15,079 nucleotides of DNA from Oligoflexales bacterium (GTDB lineage: Bacteria; Bdellovibrionota_B; Oligoflexia; Oligoflexales; RGVZ01), in contig JBIIGV010000071.1 of assembly GCA_044236265.1 (NCBI GenBank), positions 1 to 15,079 of the forward strand. Direction: 5' to 3'. Below the pieces are notes generated by a model, which was given only the letters and a program-made list of their open reading frames with translations, was not told where the DNA came from and ran no database searches. Every line of letters starts with the position of its first letter. The first letter of the stretch is position 1. Below, one piece after another: positions 14,658 through 15,079 of the stretch. The position numbers and the translations under genes are program-made.

Positions 14658-15079
14658 TCAAGTCAACTCGGATCGACCGGATTCCTTGAGTCTATCAACA
14701 ATCATTTTTACATCCTGGGCACGATTTTTTGGACAAACCAAAATCGCGCCTTTGGCATGAACTACGACGACGTCTTTCATTCCTAGGACTGCAGTCATCG
14801 GTCCATCTGAATCTACCGTGCAATCCTCACTATCAATGAGCAGAACATCACCACTTGTAAAGTTTCGCTGTCGATCCACAGAAAAGCACTGGGACAAGGC
14901 ATCCCAACTTCCAACGTCCTGCCAGCCAATGTCAGCCTCGACGACGCTAACTTTTTTTGACACTTCAAGAACAGCATGGTCTATCGATATCTTCGGCAAG
15001 GAGCCGTAAACTGCAGCGAGTTTCTCCCCACTAACTTGCGCAAGACTCTTACAGCCAGCAGCCACCCCCTCAAGAGCAG
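14658..15079 (-). CDS. manC: Mannose-1-phosphate guanylyltransferase, C-terminal part (5'-truncated); lacks the fused cupin PMI domain
   Basis: LPKISIDHAVLE, GWQDVGSWDAL and ILVCPK..AQDVK.IV motifs. Frame is open to the window edge. Confidence 0.9.
   Translation of the reverse strand, partial: ALEGVAAGCKSLAQVSGEKLAAVYGSLPKISIDHAVLEVSKKVSVVEADIGWQDVGSWDALSQCFSVDRQRNFTSGDVLLIDSEDCTVDSDGPMTAVLGMKDVVVVHAKGAILVCPKNRAQDVKMIVDRLKESGRSELT

Overview
Ordinary chromosomal window with 14 CDS, no mobile element, no CRISPR array and no rRNA/tRNA. Gene style suggests a deltaproteobacterial-like or Bdellovibrionota/Oligoflexia genome, but this is inference only. In order: the 3' end of a probable outer-membrane beta-barrel, a Cys-rich lipoprotein, a minus-strand run (DEAD-box helicase, glutaredoxin, TPR-gluzincin peptidase), a divergent mrp/apbC-folE-carH-like operon, an orphan ParA, a small membrane protein, a stand-alone MshEN-domain protein, yfgM-bamB and the 3' end of manC. 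The best signals are non-coding. (1) The 400-bp gap after the CarH-like gene holds a full sigma54 promoter architecture: two tandem TGTC-N9-GACA enhancer palindromes, a possible IHF site and a TGGCAT-N5-CTGCA -24/-12 element. It precedes an ORF-less, highly structured RNA with a 17-18 bp closing helix, a CU-rich open loop and a hairpin that buries the parA ribosome-binding site. This is a candidate undescribed sRNA or regulatory leader. (2) The mrp-folE-carH promoter is overlaid with 11-bp direct repeats matching the CarH operator pattern. This suggests an autoregulated, possibly light/B12-responsive Fe-S plus pterin/folate operon whose regulator lacks the canonical AdoCbl-capping Trp-His.
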